From Methylobacterium sp. (lineage in GTDB: Bacteria; Pseudomonadota; Alphaproteobacteria; Rhizobiales; Beijerinckiaceae): a DNA stretch of 64,000 nucleotides. Within the stretch, counting starts at the first letter, position 1. Every line of letters starts with the position of its first letter. The position numbers were made by a program, and so were the translations under genes. Below are positions 38,082-46,542 of the stretch, piece by piece. Location of the stretch: contig NZ_JAIEOF010000174.1 in assembly GCF_019750675.1 (NCBI RefSeq), positions 8,268 through 72,267 on the forward strand, written 5' to 3'. The notes beneath the pieces were generated by a model, which had not been told where the DNA came from, did not search any database, and worked only from the letters and a program-made list of their open reading frames with translations.

Positions 38082-39419
38082 TCAGAACTTGCGCACGATC
38101 GGCGCCGGGGCGGCGACCGCCGGCTCGCCGAAGACGTAGCGGAAGCCCACCGAGACGATGTCGGCGCTGCTGTCGGCGACGCCCGCGAAGGCGATGTTCT
38201 GCACGTTGTAGTCCCGCCCGACGCCCGACAGGATGCGGCCCTTCTCGACGAAGAAGTGCGAGTAGGCGGCGGTCAGAGTCAGCTTCTCGCTCCAGCGGTA
38301 GCTCGCGCCGATCGAAACGTTGACGCGGTTGTTGTCGGGCAGGCGCACCGAGCGGTTCTCGAAGTCGATGGGCGAGACCTCGTAGGCGACACCGCCCCGG
38401 ACAGTGAGGGCCGGCGACCAGTCGTACTCGGCACCGACCGCGTAGGTGAAACCGTCCTTGTAGTTCAGGGGCAGCGCGGTCCCGGCGCGGCCGAGGACCA
38501 GCGGGACGACAGCGACGTTCTTCAAGCGGCTCCAGTTGTCCCACTCGAACCCGAAATTGACGCGGGTGACGGGGTTGATCGCCTGGGTCACACCCACCGT
38601 GACCTTCTCGGGCGTGTTCAGGTTGGCCGCCACCGGACCGCCGAGGGCGGCGGCGGGGCCGGGCAGCCGGAGCGAACCCTCGATATCGTGATGGACCGTG
38701 GAGCGGTAGCCGACGCCGAAGGCGGTTCCGGCGAAAGGCGTGATTAGCACGCCGGCCGTGAAGCCGACGCCCCAGGAATCGCCCGTCAGGCGCGCGCTCG
38801 CGAGGTTCGCCGGGTCGAAGGGCACCCCGGTGATCTGCGCCTGCTTCAGGGTGAGCTTGAAATATTCGATGTTGGGACCGGCGGCGATGGAGAGCCACTC
38901 GTTCACCTTGAAGCCGATCACCGGATTGAAGGCGAGGGTGAAGATCCGGTTCGAGCGGCCGTAGAGCTCGCCCGCCCAGGTGTCGCGCGGCTTCGTCACG
39001 AGGCCGAAGGGCGCGCCGGTCTGGATGCCGACCCAGAGCCGGTCGTTCAGCTGGTAGGAGGTGGCGCCCGCCGGCACGATCGCGCCCTGCCCGATGTCGC
39101 CGCTGTCGCCGAGGCGCGCGAAGGCCGGGTTGGTGCCCGCCTCCGGGGTGATCTTGCCGGACAGGTTGATCAGGCTGAGGTTCTGCTCGGTGACCCAACC
39201 CGGCCGCATGGTCACGGTGGCGGGGTTCCAGAACATCGACGAGACGCCGCCGGAGCCGGAGGCCGTGCCCGCGAAGGCCATGCCCTGTGCCTCGGTGCTC
39301 TGCTCGCGGATGCCGAAGGCACCGGCCGAGGCCTGCGTGACGCCGGCGGCGAGGAGAGCGACGGAAACGCCCGAAAGCGCCCAGTTGCGGTAAGAACGGC
39401 TCCGAATCGTGCCCGTCAT
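38082..39419 (-). CDS. fadL: FadL/OmpP1-family outer-membrane transporter
   Basis: Signal peptide then GAFGIREQS, MFWNPA, APFGL, GVGFTAG, TVRGGVAYE, RLPDNNR. Start ATG 39419; the longer ORF-track N-terminus is spurious. Confidence 0.92.
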   Translation of the reverse strand: MTGTIRSRSYRNWALSGVSVALLAAGVTQASAGAFGIREQSTEAQGMAFAGTASGSGGVSSMFWNPATVTMRPGWVTEQNLSLINLSGKITPEAGTNPAFARLGDSGDIGQGAIVPAGATSYQLNDRLWVGIQTGAPFGLVTKPRDTWAGELYGRSNRIFTLAFNPVIGFKVNEWLSIAAGPNIEYFKLTLKQAQITGVPFDPANLASARLTGDSWGVGFTAGVLITPFAGTAFGVGYRSTVHHDIEGSLRLPGPAAALGGPVAANLNTPEKVTVGVTQAINPVTRVNFGFEWDNWSRLKNVAVVPLVLGRAGTALPLNYKDGFTYAVGAEYDWSPALTVRGGVAYEVSPIDFENRSVRLPDNNRVNVSIGASYRWSEKLTLTAAYSHFFVEKGRILSGVGRDYNVQNIAFAGVADSSADIVSVGFRYVFGEPAVAAPAPIVRKF

Positions 39420-39857
39420 GTCGCGAGACCCACCCCTATCCATGGTGCTTGGCTTGGTCCCGCCCTGTCGGACCGGGTGCTGCACCTTGGACACGACAAT
39501 GACGCGGCTTTCGCGACTTCGCAATGCCTGAACGTATAAGTAAAAGCCAAGATAAATTATTGCACTGTACTGTAATTTGCGCAATATTGCATGCGGCACC
39601 TCGCTATCCGTTGGACACAGGCAGAATGGTTCACATCTAAACTTTTGCCGGCGTGAATAAGTGTCAAAGGAGAAAAATGCGCCGGTGCCGCATCGCGGGG
39701 CGGCGGTGTGACCTTTTGGTGACGAATCCGGCATCCCAGCCGGGCCCGGCAGCGGCCCTGCCGGCGATTTGCCCACCGGACCCTCTCCCGCGCCCCTTGC
39801 CCTTGGGTCTCGTCCGATCGATGTCTGCCGAAAGAATCCTGCGCGGAGGAACGAGCG

Positions 39858-40742
39858 ATGAAATTGATCCGTCACGGCGAGAGCGGCGACGAGAAGCCCG
39901 GCCTCGTCGACGCGCGCGGCGGCTTGCGCGACCTCTCGGACCATGTCCGCGACATCGCCGGATCCGTGCTGTCGCGCGAAACCCTGGAGCGCCTGCGCCG
40001 GATCGACCCGGAGAGCCTGCCGCTCCTGCCGCCGGCGACCCGCCTCGGCCCCTGCGTCGGCGGCACCCGCAACGTCGTCGCCATCGGCTTGAACTTCACC
40101 GATCACGCCGCCGAGATCGGCGCCGACATCCCGCCCGAGCCGATCCTGTTCAACAAGGCGCCCTCGTGCCTCGCGGGCGCCAACGACCGGGTGATCCTGC
40201 CCAAGGGCTCGGCCAAGACCGACTGGGAGGTGGAACTCGCCCTCGTGATCGGTGCGCGCGCCTCCTACGTGCACGCCAACGAGGCCCTGTCCTACGTGGC
40301 GGGCGCCTGCATCTGCAACGACGTCTCCGAGCGCGAATTCCAGATGGAGCGCGGCGGCACCTGGGCGAAGGGCAAGGGCTGCCCGACCTTCGGCCCGCTG
40401 GGCCCCTGGCTCGTTACCCTCGACGAAATTCCGGACCTCAAGAATCTGGCCATGTGGCTGGACGTGAACGGCACCCGCATGCAGACGGGCTCCACCGCCA
40501 CGATGATCTTCGATCCGGCGCAGCTCGTGGCCTACGTCTCGCACTTCATGATGCTGGAGCCCGGCGACGTCATCACCACCGGCACGCCCCCCGGCGTCGG
40601 CATGGCCCGCAAGCCGCCCCGCTTCCTGCGCAACGGCGACGTGATGACCCTCGGGATCGCGGGGCTCGGCGCGCAGCGCCAGGAAATCGTCGCTTTCGAC
40701 GACTGGACCGCGAAGGTCGCGGCGGGCGAGCCGACGCATTGA
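39858..40742 (+). CDS. Fumarylacetoacetate-hydrolase family protein
   Basis: AIGLNF, EPILFNK, DWEVEL, NDVSER, KGKGCPTFGPLGP, PGDVITTGTP; GGAGG SD upstream. Confidence 0.93.
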   Translation: MKLIRHGESGDEKPGLVDARGGLRDLSDHVRDIAGSVLSRETLERLRRIDPESLPLLPPATRLGPCVGGTRNVVAIGLNFTDHAAEIGADIPPEPILFNKAPSCLAGANDRVILPKGSAKTDWEVELALVIGARASYVHANEALSYVAGACICNDVSEREFQMERGGTWAKGKGCPTFGPLGPWLVTLDEIPDLKNLAMWLDVNGTRMQTGSTATMIFDPAQLVAYVSHFMMLEPGDVITTGTPPGVGMARKPPRFLRNGDVMTLGIAGLGAQRQEIVAFDDWTAKVAAGEPTH

Positions 40743-40791
40743 GGGCGCACGCCCGGCTTGATTTTTAGGCCGGGATTCGCCTCATGGGGCC

Positions 40792-41811
40792 ATGACCGAG
40801 ACCCTGGCCCCCCGCGCATCCACCCCGGCCGCCGAGACCGCCGCGATCCGCCACGACTGGAGCGTGGCCGAGATCCAAGCGATCCACGACCTGCCGCTGC
40901 TCGACCTCGTCTATCGGGCGGCGGCGGTCCACCGCGCCCACAACGACCCGGCCGACATTCAGCGCGCCGCCCTCCTCTCGATCAAGACCGGCGGCTGCCC
41001 GGAGGATTGCGCGTACTGCCCGCAATCGGCCCATCACAAGGGCACCGGCATGGCCCGCGAGCGGCTGATGCCGGTCGACGCGGTGCTGCGCGAGGCCGCC
41101 GCCGCCAAGGCCAACGGGGCGCACCGCTTCTGCATGGGCGCGGCCTGGCGCCAGCCCAAGGACGGGCCGGAATTCGACGCGGTGCTCGCCATGGTGCGGG
41201 GCGTGCGCGGCCTCGGCATGGAGGCCTGCGTGACGCTGGGCATGCTCACCCCCGCGCAGGCCGGACGCCTCGCGGAGGCCGGGCTCACCTCCTACAATCA
41301 CAACCTCGACACCGGCCCGGACTTCTACGGCGACATCATTTCCACGCGGACCTACGAGGACCGCCTGACCACCCTGGAGAACGTGCGCGCGGCGGGCATC
41401 GGCGTCTGCTGCGGCGGCATCGTCGGCATGGGCGAGGGCGTGAAGGACCGGGCCGGCATGCTTCAGGTGCTGGCCAACCATGCGCCCCACCCCGAGAGCG
41501 TGCCGATCAACGCCCTCGTGGCTGTGGAGGGCACGCCCTTGGAGGACCGCCCGGCGGTCGACCCCCTCGACCTCGTGCGCATGTGCGCCACGGCGCGCAT
41601 CGTGATGCCGCGCGCGCGGGTACGCCTCAGCGCAGGCCGCAAGGGCCTGACCCGCGAGGCCCAGATCCTCTGCTTCCTGGCCGGCGCTAATTCGATCTTC
41701 TACGGTGAGCGCCTGCTCACGACCGCCAACAACGAGACCGATTCAGATGCCGAACTTCTGCACGACCTCGGCATCGCGGTGCCAGGCCTGACCCTGGCGG
41801 CGGCGGAGTAA
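40792..41811 (+). CDS. bioB: Biotin synthase
   Basis: [17 protein letters not shown] radical-SAM motif, [35 protein letters not shown]. Confidence 0.97.
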   Translation: MTETLAPRASTPAAETAAIRHDWSVAEIQAIHDLPLLDLVYRAAAVHRAHNDPADIQRAALLSIKTGGCPEDCAYCPQSAHHKGTGMARERLMPVDAVLREAAAAKANGAHRFCMGAAWRQPKDGPEFDAVLAMVRGVRGLGMEACVTLGMLTPAQAGRLAEAGLTSYNHNLDTGPDFYGDIISTRTYEDRLTTLENVRAAGIGVCCGGIVGMGEGVKDRAGMLQVLANHAPHPESVPINALVAVEGTPLEDRPAVDPLDLVRMCATARIVMPRARVRLSAGRKGLTREAQILCFLAGANSIFYGERLLTTANNETDSDAELLHDLGIAVPGLTLAAAE

Positions 41812-41857
41812 GGCACGGCCCCCGGCAGCGCTTCCGGTCCGGCGGGAACCCGCCCGC

Positions 41858-43339
41858 TCAACCCACCGGGTCGGGGATCACGATCCGGAAGCGGGTGCCG
41901 ACCGGGGTCTCGTCGAGGGACAGGGTTCCGCCGTTGAGTTGGATCAGCTCCGACGCGATGGCGAGGCCGAGCCCGGTGCCACCCGAGCGCGACGCGCCCT
42001 TGAAGGGGCTGAACAGGTGCTCGCGCGCCCGCGCCGGCAGGCCCGGGCCGTTGTCGCTGATCAGGACCATGGTGCCGGCACCGGTCCCGGTGCGCCGCGC
42101 CTCGATGGTGATCGTCGGATCGGTGCGCGTCATCGCCTCGTAGCCGGGGCCCGGCGGCGCCAGGGCCTGGACGGCGTTGCGAACGATGTTGGCGAGCGCC
42201 CGTGAGAACTGGTCCGGATCGACGCAGATTCGCAGGCCGTTCGGGCAGATCTCCCGGATCACGATGTCCGAATCGCGCTCGCGGCCCGACAGGTCCGCCT
42301 GCTCGGCGATGATGGGAGCGAGCGGCACGAGGCGCCGGTTCGGATTGCGCTCCGTGGCGCGGCCATAGGCCAGGGTCTCCTCGCAGAACCGAATCGCCCG
42401 GTCGAGGGTCGCCACGAGGCGCGGGGCGACGCGCTGGACGAGCGGGTCGGCGACCCCGTCGAGGCGGTCGCTGAGGAGCTGCGCCGTGGTCAGGAGGTTG
42501 CGCAGCTCGTCGTTGATCTTGCTCACCGAGAGCCCGAGGTCGGCGAGATGCCGCTTCTCGCGCAGTTCGCGGGCGAGGGCCGCCTCCATCTGCGCCAGCG
42601 CCACCTCGGCGTGGCCGATCTCGTCGGTGCGCCGCGAGGGCACGATGACGCCGTCCGACGCCTCCGGGTCCTGCGCGAATTCGGTGATGTTGTGCACGAG
42701 CCGGCGTACCGGTCGGACGATGGCCCGCTGCAGGACGAGGAAGATCAGGCCGGCCACCGCCGCCGCGATGGCGAGGGACGACAGGGCGAGCCGGATCGCG
42801 AAGGCCGTCACGGCGTCGCGCACCGGCAGGCAATCGATGAGGATTTCGACAAGGTCGAAACCGTCGCGGCCATGCCCGATCACGCGAATCGGCCGGGTGC
42901 CGTCCGCCATCAGCGTGCGGGCCACGCCGCGAATCGACTCGATCAGGTCCTCCTCGCGCAGGTCGATGTGGTCGGAGACCGCGTCCGGCACCGATTCGTC
43001 GGAGAGCAGCCGCCGGGTGCCGTTGCCCTGCACCACGATGGCCCGCGCGCCCACGCCCGCCAGGAGGCGCTGGGCGAGGCTCTCCGAGACGCGCTGGTCG
43101 GGGGCCGCGTCGAGCACGAGGGCGGCCACCTGCGCAGCCGCGATCCGATCGGAGAGCCACATGCGCCGGTAATTGGCGACCGTGGGCACGTAGACCAGCA
43201 CCTCGATGACGGCGACGAAGGCCACGGTGAGCAGGAAGAGGCGCCCGGACAAGCCGAGGTGCCGGCCGAGGCCGCGCGCCGCCGCCACGTCGGGCGCGGC
43301 GACGTCCTGATCGAACACAACGCGTGAATTCACACCCAT
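41858..43339 (-). CDS. Membrane sensor histidine kinase (TM-TM-HAMP-HisKA-HATPase) lacking the H-box His
   Basis: HAMP RPVRRL...RTDEIG, N box ANIVRNAVQA, G1 DNGPG, G2 GGTGLGLAIA; the H box reads SKINDELRN. Confidence 0.88.
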   Translation of the reverse strand: MGVNSRVVFDQDVAAPDVAAARGLGRHLGLSGRLFLLTVAFVAVIEVLVYVPTVANYRRMWLSDRIAAAQVAALVLDAAPDQRVSESLAQRLLAGVGARAIVVQGNGTRRLLSDESVPDAVSDHIDLREEDLIESIRGVARTLMADGTRPIRVIGHGRDGFDLVEILIDCLPVRDAVTAFAIRLALSSLAIAAAVAGLIFLVLQRAIVRPVRRLVHNITEFAQDPEASDGVIVPSRRTDEIGHAEVALAQMEAALARELREKRHLADLGLSVSKINDELRNLLTTAQLLSDRLDGVADPLVQRVAPRLVATLDRAIRFCEETLAYGRATERNPNRRLVPLAPIIAEQADLSGRERDSDIVIREICPNGLRICVDPDQFSRALANIVRNAVQALAPPGPGYEAMTRTDPTITIEARRTGTGAGTMVLISDNGPGLPARAREHLFSPFKGASRSGGTGLGLAIASELIQLNGGTLSLDETPVGTRFRIVIPDPVG

Positions 43340-43530
43340 TTTGGTTCTTCGGGTTCCCGGTCCCCTCGGCGCGGCGGGTGTCGGCTTGAGGTCCGGCTGA
43401 CGGTGACCCGACGGCGTTTCCAGAGCGTAATCTCGATGCGCGATTGCACCTCATAACGCTCATGAAGCCGTTAGGCTGCCCCGCGTCTCGAAGATTTTGA
43501 TCAGACTTATGGCTAAATTCGATCAGAAAA

Positions 43531-44373
43531 TTACGGTTCGTCGATGCTGGCGGCCTCGGCCCGCGACCGCCGCTGGAAGCGCCTGCGGAGGAATACCGAG
43601 AGCAGCGCGAAGGCCGCCAGGGCGCCGAGGCCCGCGACCATCTTGGGGGTGACCAGGGTCCGCAGGGTCAGGGCGTTCTCGCAGTCGAGACCGTCGGCGG
43701 CGAGGCACGCGGCCTTGGCGCTCTCGTGGGCGAGGACCACATCCTCGATCGCCGCCCCGGTGGAGGCGTAGATGAAGACGCCGGGCAGCAGCCCCACCAG
43801 GGTCGCGAGCACGAAGGTACTGCGCTTCACCCCGAAGGCGGCCGGCGCGAGGTTCGTCATCCAGAACGGGAAGATCGGCAGCAGCCGCAGGAAGGCGATG
43901 TAGCCGAAGGCATCCGCGCGAAACCCGGCGGCGAGCCCGGCGAGCCGGGGTCCGGCCCGGCGCAGCAGCAGATCGGCCGCCGCCCCGCGCCCGATGGTGA
44001 AGACGATGGCGGCCCCCGTCGTCGCCGAGGCCAGCGCAATGAGGGCACCCGGAACGATGCCAAACAGGAAGCCGCACAGCATCGTCAGGAACAGCGAGGC
44101 CGGCACCGAGACGACCACCGCCGAGACGTAGACGAGGTAGGCCACCACCATGGCGCGGAAGCGGTCCTCCGCGACCCAGGCGATCAGCCAGGCCCGCGAC
44201 GCCAGGAGCCGGTCGAGGCTGAGGAGGTGCGAGGCGCCCGAGACCAATACGGCGAGGGAGGCCCCGACCAGGAGCAGGAGTGGGAGCCAGCGCAGGACCC
44301 GCCGCATCCGCGTGGGCCGCGCCGCCGGTGACTCCGGGGTCGACTCGGCCGAGGGGGGCGGCCGCGTGCTCAC
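43531..44373 (-). CDS. TVP38/TMEM64 (DedA/VTT superfamily) membrane protein
   Basis: VPASLFLTMLCGFLFG, ATTGAAIVF, FLRLLPIFPFWMTNLAPA, TLVGLLPG; GTG start overlaps the pmtA stop. Confidence 0.88.
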   Translation of the reverse strand: MSTRPPPSAESTPESPAARPTRMRRVLRWLPLLLLVGASLAVLVSGASHLLSLDRLLASRAWLIAWVAEDRFRAMVVAYLVYVSAVVVSVPASLFLTMLCGFLFGIVPGALIALASATTGAAIVFTIGRGAAADLLLRRAGPRLAGLAAGFRADAFGYIAFLRLLPIFPFWMTNLAPAAFGVKRSTFVLATLVGLLPGVFIYASTGAAIEDVVLAHESAKAACLAADGLDCENALTLRTLVTPKMVAGLGALAAFALLSVFLRRRFQRRSRAEAASIDEP

Positions 44374-45023
44374 CCGGGCTTGCGCATCCGCAGGATCTTG
44401 AAGAACCCGCCGGGGAAAGTCGGCGCGACGCCGATGAACTCGACCCCGTGCGACCGGGCCCAGGCCTCGATGCGGGTCGACTTGAAGTCCGAGGACCAGC
44501 CGATCTTGGTGCAGAGCGGGGCGACGATCTCCTCGACCTTGGCCACCGGACCGGTGCTCTGTCCGAAATGGTTGGCGAGCACGATCTCGCCGCCGGGCCG
44601 GACCACGCGCAGGAACTCGGAGAGCGCGGCTTCCGGATCCGGCACCAGGGTGATGAGGAACTGGGCCACCACCGCGTCGAAGCTGGCATCGGCGTAGCCG
44701 AGCCGGCAGACGTCCATGACCTGGAGGCCGCGCACGTGGCGCAGGCCCCGCCGCAGCACCTTGGCGCGGGCGCGCTTGAGCATGTCCTCGGAGAGGTCGA
44801 CGCCGCAGACGAAGCTCGTGGGCGGATAGTAGCCGAGCGACAGCCCCGTGCCGACGCCGGCCTCGAGGATGCGGGGCCCGCAGGCGACGGCGGCCTCGAC
44901 CGCGTCGCGGGCGGCCGGCTCGGTGAGCTTATCGTAGACGACGTCGTAGACCGGCGCCCAGCGCGCATAGGCCTTGCGCATCAGGGCGGTGCTCGGACCG
45001 GCCTCCCGCGGCTCGCTCAGCAT
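44370..45023 (-). CDS. pmtA: Phosphatidylethanolamine N-methyltransferase (PmtA type)
   Basis: AYARWAPVYD, ILEAGVGTGLSL, GVDLSEDML, VRPGGEIVLANHF. Confidence 0.8.
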   Translation of the reverse strand: MLSEPREAGPSTALMRKAYARWAPVYDVVYDKLTEPAARDAVEAAVACGPRILEAGVGTGLSLGYYPPTSFVCGVDLSEDMLKRARAKVLRRGLRHVRGLQVMDVCRLGYADASFDAVVAQFLITLVPDPEAALSEFLRVVRPGGEIVLANHFGQSTGPVAKVEEIVAPLCTKIGWSSDFKSTRIEAWARSHGVEFIGVAPTFPGGFFKILRMRKPG

Positions 45024-45106
45024 GACGATCTCGAAGTCCTGTGTGGGGAGAGGGTGGATGGGCCTTGTTCGGTCCGGCGGCTTGCGCGGTCAGGCGACTT
45101 GTTCGG

Positions 45107-46258
45107 TCAGGCGGCTTGCGCGGCGCCGCGGGCCAACGCGTCGACCCGCCGAATGGTGCCGCCGCCGAGCACGCGGGCGCGGGGGCCGTCATCGGCGTAG
45201 ATCACGCAGGCCTGCCCGGGCGAGACGCCGTCCTCGGGGGTCGCGAGCTCGATCTCGGCCCCGTCGCCCTGGGGGTCGCGGAAGAGGAGTGCCGGCCGTG
45301 GATCGCGGGTCGAGCGCACGCGCACCGCCACGGGGCGCGCGGCGGCCTCGCCCGGTCCGCCGAGCCAGTTCATGTCCCCGAGGCGGATCCGGCTCGTGGC
45401 CAGGGCCGTGCGCGGGCCGACCACCACGCGGGCGGTGTCCGGCTCCAGGCGGATCACGTAGAGGGGCTCGCCCACGGCGAGGCGCAGGCCCCGGCGCTGG
45501 CCGACCGTGTAGTGGATGATCCCCTCGTGCCGCCCCAGCACCTGTCCGCCGAGGTCGACGATGTCGCCGGCACGGGCCGCGTCGGGGCGCAGGCGCGCGA
45601 TCACGTCGGCGTAGCGGCCCTGCGGCACGAAGCAGATGTCCTGGCTGTCGGCCTTCTCGGCCACCGCGAGGCCGAGTTCCCGGGCGAGCCGCCGCGTCTC
45701 GTCCTTGGGCAACTCGCCCAAGGGAAAGCGGAGGAAGTCGAGTTGCTCGGCCGTGGTGGCGTAGAGGAAGTAGCTCTGGTCGCGGGCCGGATCGAGGGCC
45801 CGGTAGAGTCCGCGCCCGCCGGCCGCCTCCGGGCGGCTCGCCACGTAATGGCCCGTGGCGAGGCAATCCGCCTCGAGGTCGCGGGCGGTGCGCAGCAGGT
45901 CGCGGAACTTGATGGAGCGGTTGCACTCCACGCAGGGGATCGGGGTCTCGCCGGCCAGATAGCTCTCGGCGAAGCGGTCGATCACGGATTCGCGAAAGCG
46001 GTCCTCGTAGTCGAGGACGTAGTGCGGGATGTCGAGGGCCTCGGCCACCCGACGGGCGTCGTGGATGTCCTGCCCGGCGCAGCAGGCGCCCTTGCGGTGC
46101 GTGGCGGCGCCGTGGTCGTAGAGCTGGAGCGTGATGCCGACGACGTCGTAGCCCTGGCGCTTCAGGAGCCCGGCAACGACGGAGGAATCGACGCCGCCCG
46201 ACATGGCGACGACAACGCGCGTCTCGTGCGGAGCCTTGGGAAGATCAAGGGAGTTCAT
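45107..46258 (-). CDS. mnmA: tRNA 2-thiouridine(34) synthase
   Basis: [50 protein letters not shown]. Start ATG 46258. Confidence 0.97.
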   Translation of the reverse strand: MNSLDLPKAPHETRVVVAMSGGVDSSVVAGLLKRQGYDVVGITLQLYDHGAATHRKGACCAGQDIHDARRVAEALDIPHYVLDYEDRFRESVIDRFAESYLAGETPIPCVECNRSIKFRDLLRTARDLEADCLATGHYVASRPEAAGGRGLYRALDPARDQSYFLYATTAEQLDFLRFPLGELPKDETRRLARELGLAVAEKADSQDICFVPQGRYADVIARLRPDAARAGDIVDLGGQVLGRHEGIIHYTVGQRRGLRLAVGEPLYVIRLEPDTARVVVGPRTALATSRIRLGDMNWLGGPGEAAARPVAVRVRSTRDPRPALLFRDPQGDGAEIELATPEDGVSPGQACVIYADDGPRARVLGGGTIRRVDALARGAAQAA

Positions 46259-46391
46259 TGCGCCAGGGTTTGCCGGAGAGGGCCGGTCCGACCCTTCGCG
46301 TGAGTCTATAGCGATCCTCGCCCCCGGTTTCCAGGGCAGGCGTATCGGCACCCTGCCCGGGCTCCGGGTGCGACCGCGACGCGGGACATGG

Positions 46392-46427
46392 GGTCAAAGC
46401 TGCCGGGTCGGGGCAGGAATTGCCGAG
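46392..46427. promoter_or_regulatory. Tandem FlbD-binding (ftr-like) enhancer sites
   Basis: Minus strand reads CCCGGCAGCTTTGACC (46392-46407) and CTCGGCAATTCCTGCC (46412-46427); both resemble the Caulobacter ftr C(C/T)CGGCA..TGCC. Confidence 0.65.
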
Positions 46428-46471
46428 CCGCGCGATCCCGGCCGATACCCGATCACGAACAATCCCTGCAG

Positions 46472-46484
46472 AATCAGTGCCTTG
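46472..46484 (+). promoter_or_regulatory. IHF site candidate
   Basis: AATCAG-TGCC-TTG versus WATCAA-N4-TTR (1 mismatch), between the ftr sites and the sigma54 promoter. Confidence 0.5.
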
Positions 46485-46498
46485 TCGCGCCCCACGTC

Positions 46499-46514
46499 TG
46501 GCCCGCCGCTTGCG
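46499..46514 (+). promoter_or_regulatory. Sigma54 (-24/-12) promoter of fliK-flgD
   Basis: TGGCCCGCCGCTTGCG with exact GG-N10-GC spacing, 29 nt before the fliK ATG. Confidence 0.8.
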
Positions 46515-46542
46515 CTCCCTCGCCCAGGGAGAAACGCGGCGC

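Noticed and set aside
39420-40739. Apparent 885-aa FadL fusion
   Set aside because: The upstream part is antisense to the FAH gene and the intergenic region; the signal peptide starts at 39419.
39668-40768. Strong AAGGAG SD plus ATG at 39677 opening a long frame overlapping the FAH gene
   Set aside because: The product is Arg/Pro-rich with no motif and the FAH gene has its own SD; ribosome profiling would be needed to revive it.
40743-40791. Biotin regulator (BioR/BirA) site before bioB
   Set aside because: No TTAT-N-GATAA-like palindrome in the 49-bp gap.
43340-43530. Possible sRNA, rpmH or FnrL/FixK box in the gap, with repeated GATCAGA
   Set aside because: No L34-like ORF, no TTGAT-N4-ATCAA and no recognisable RNA family.
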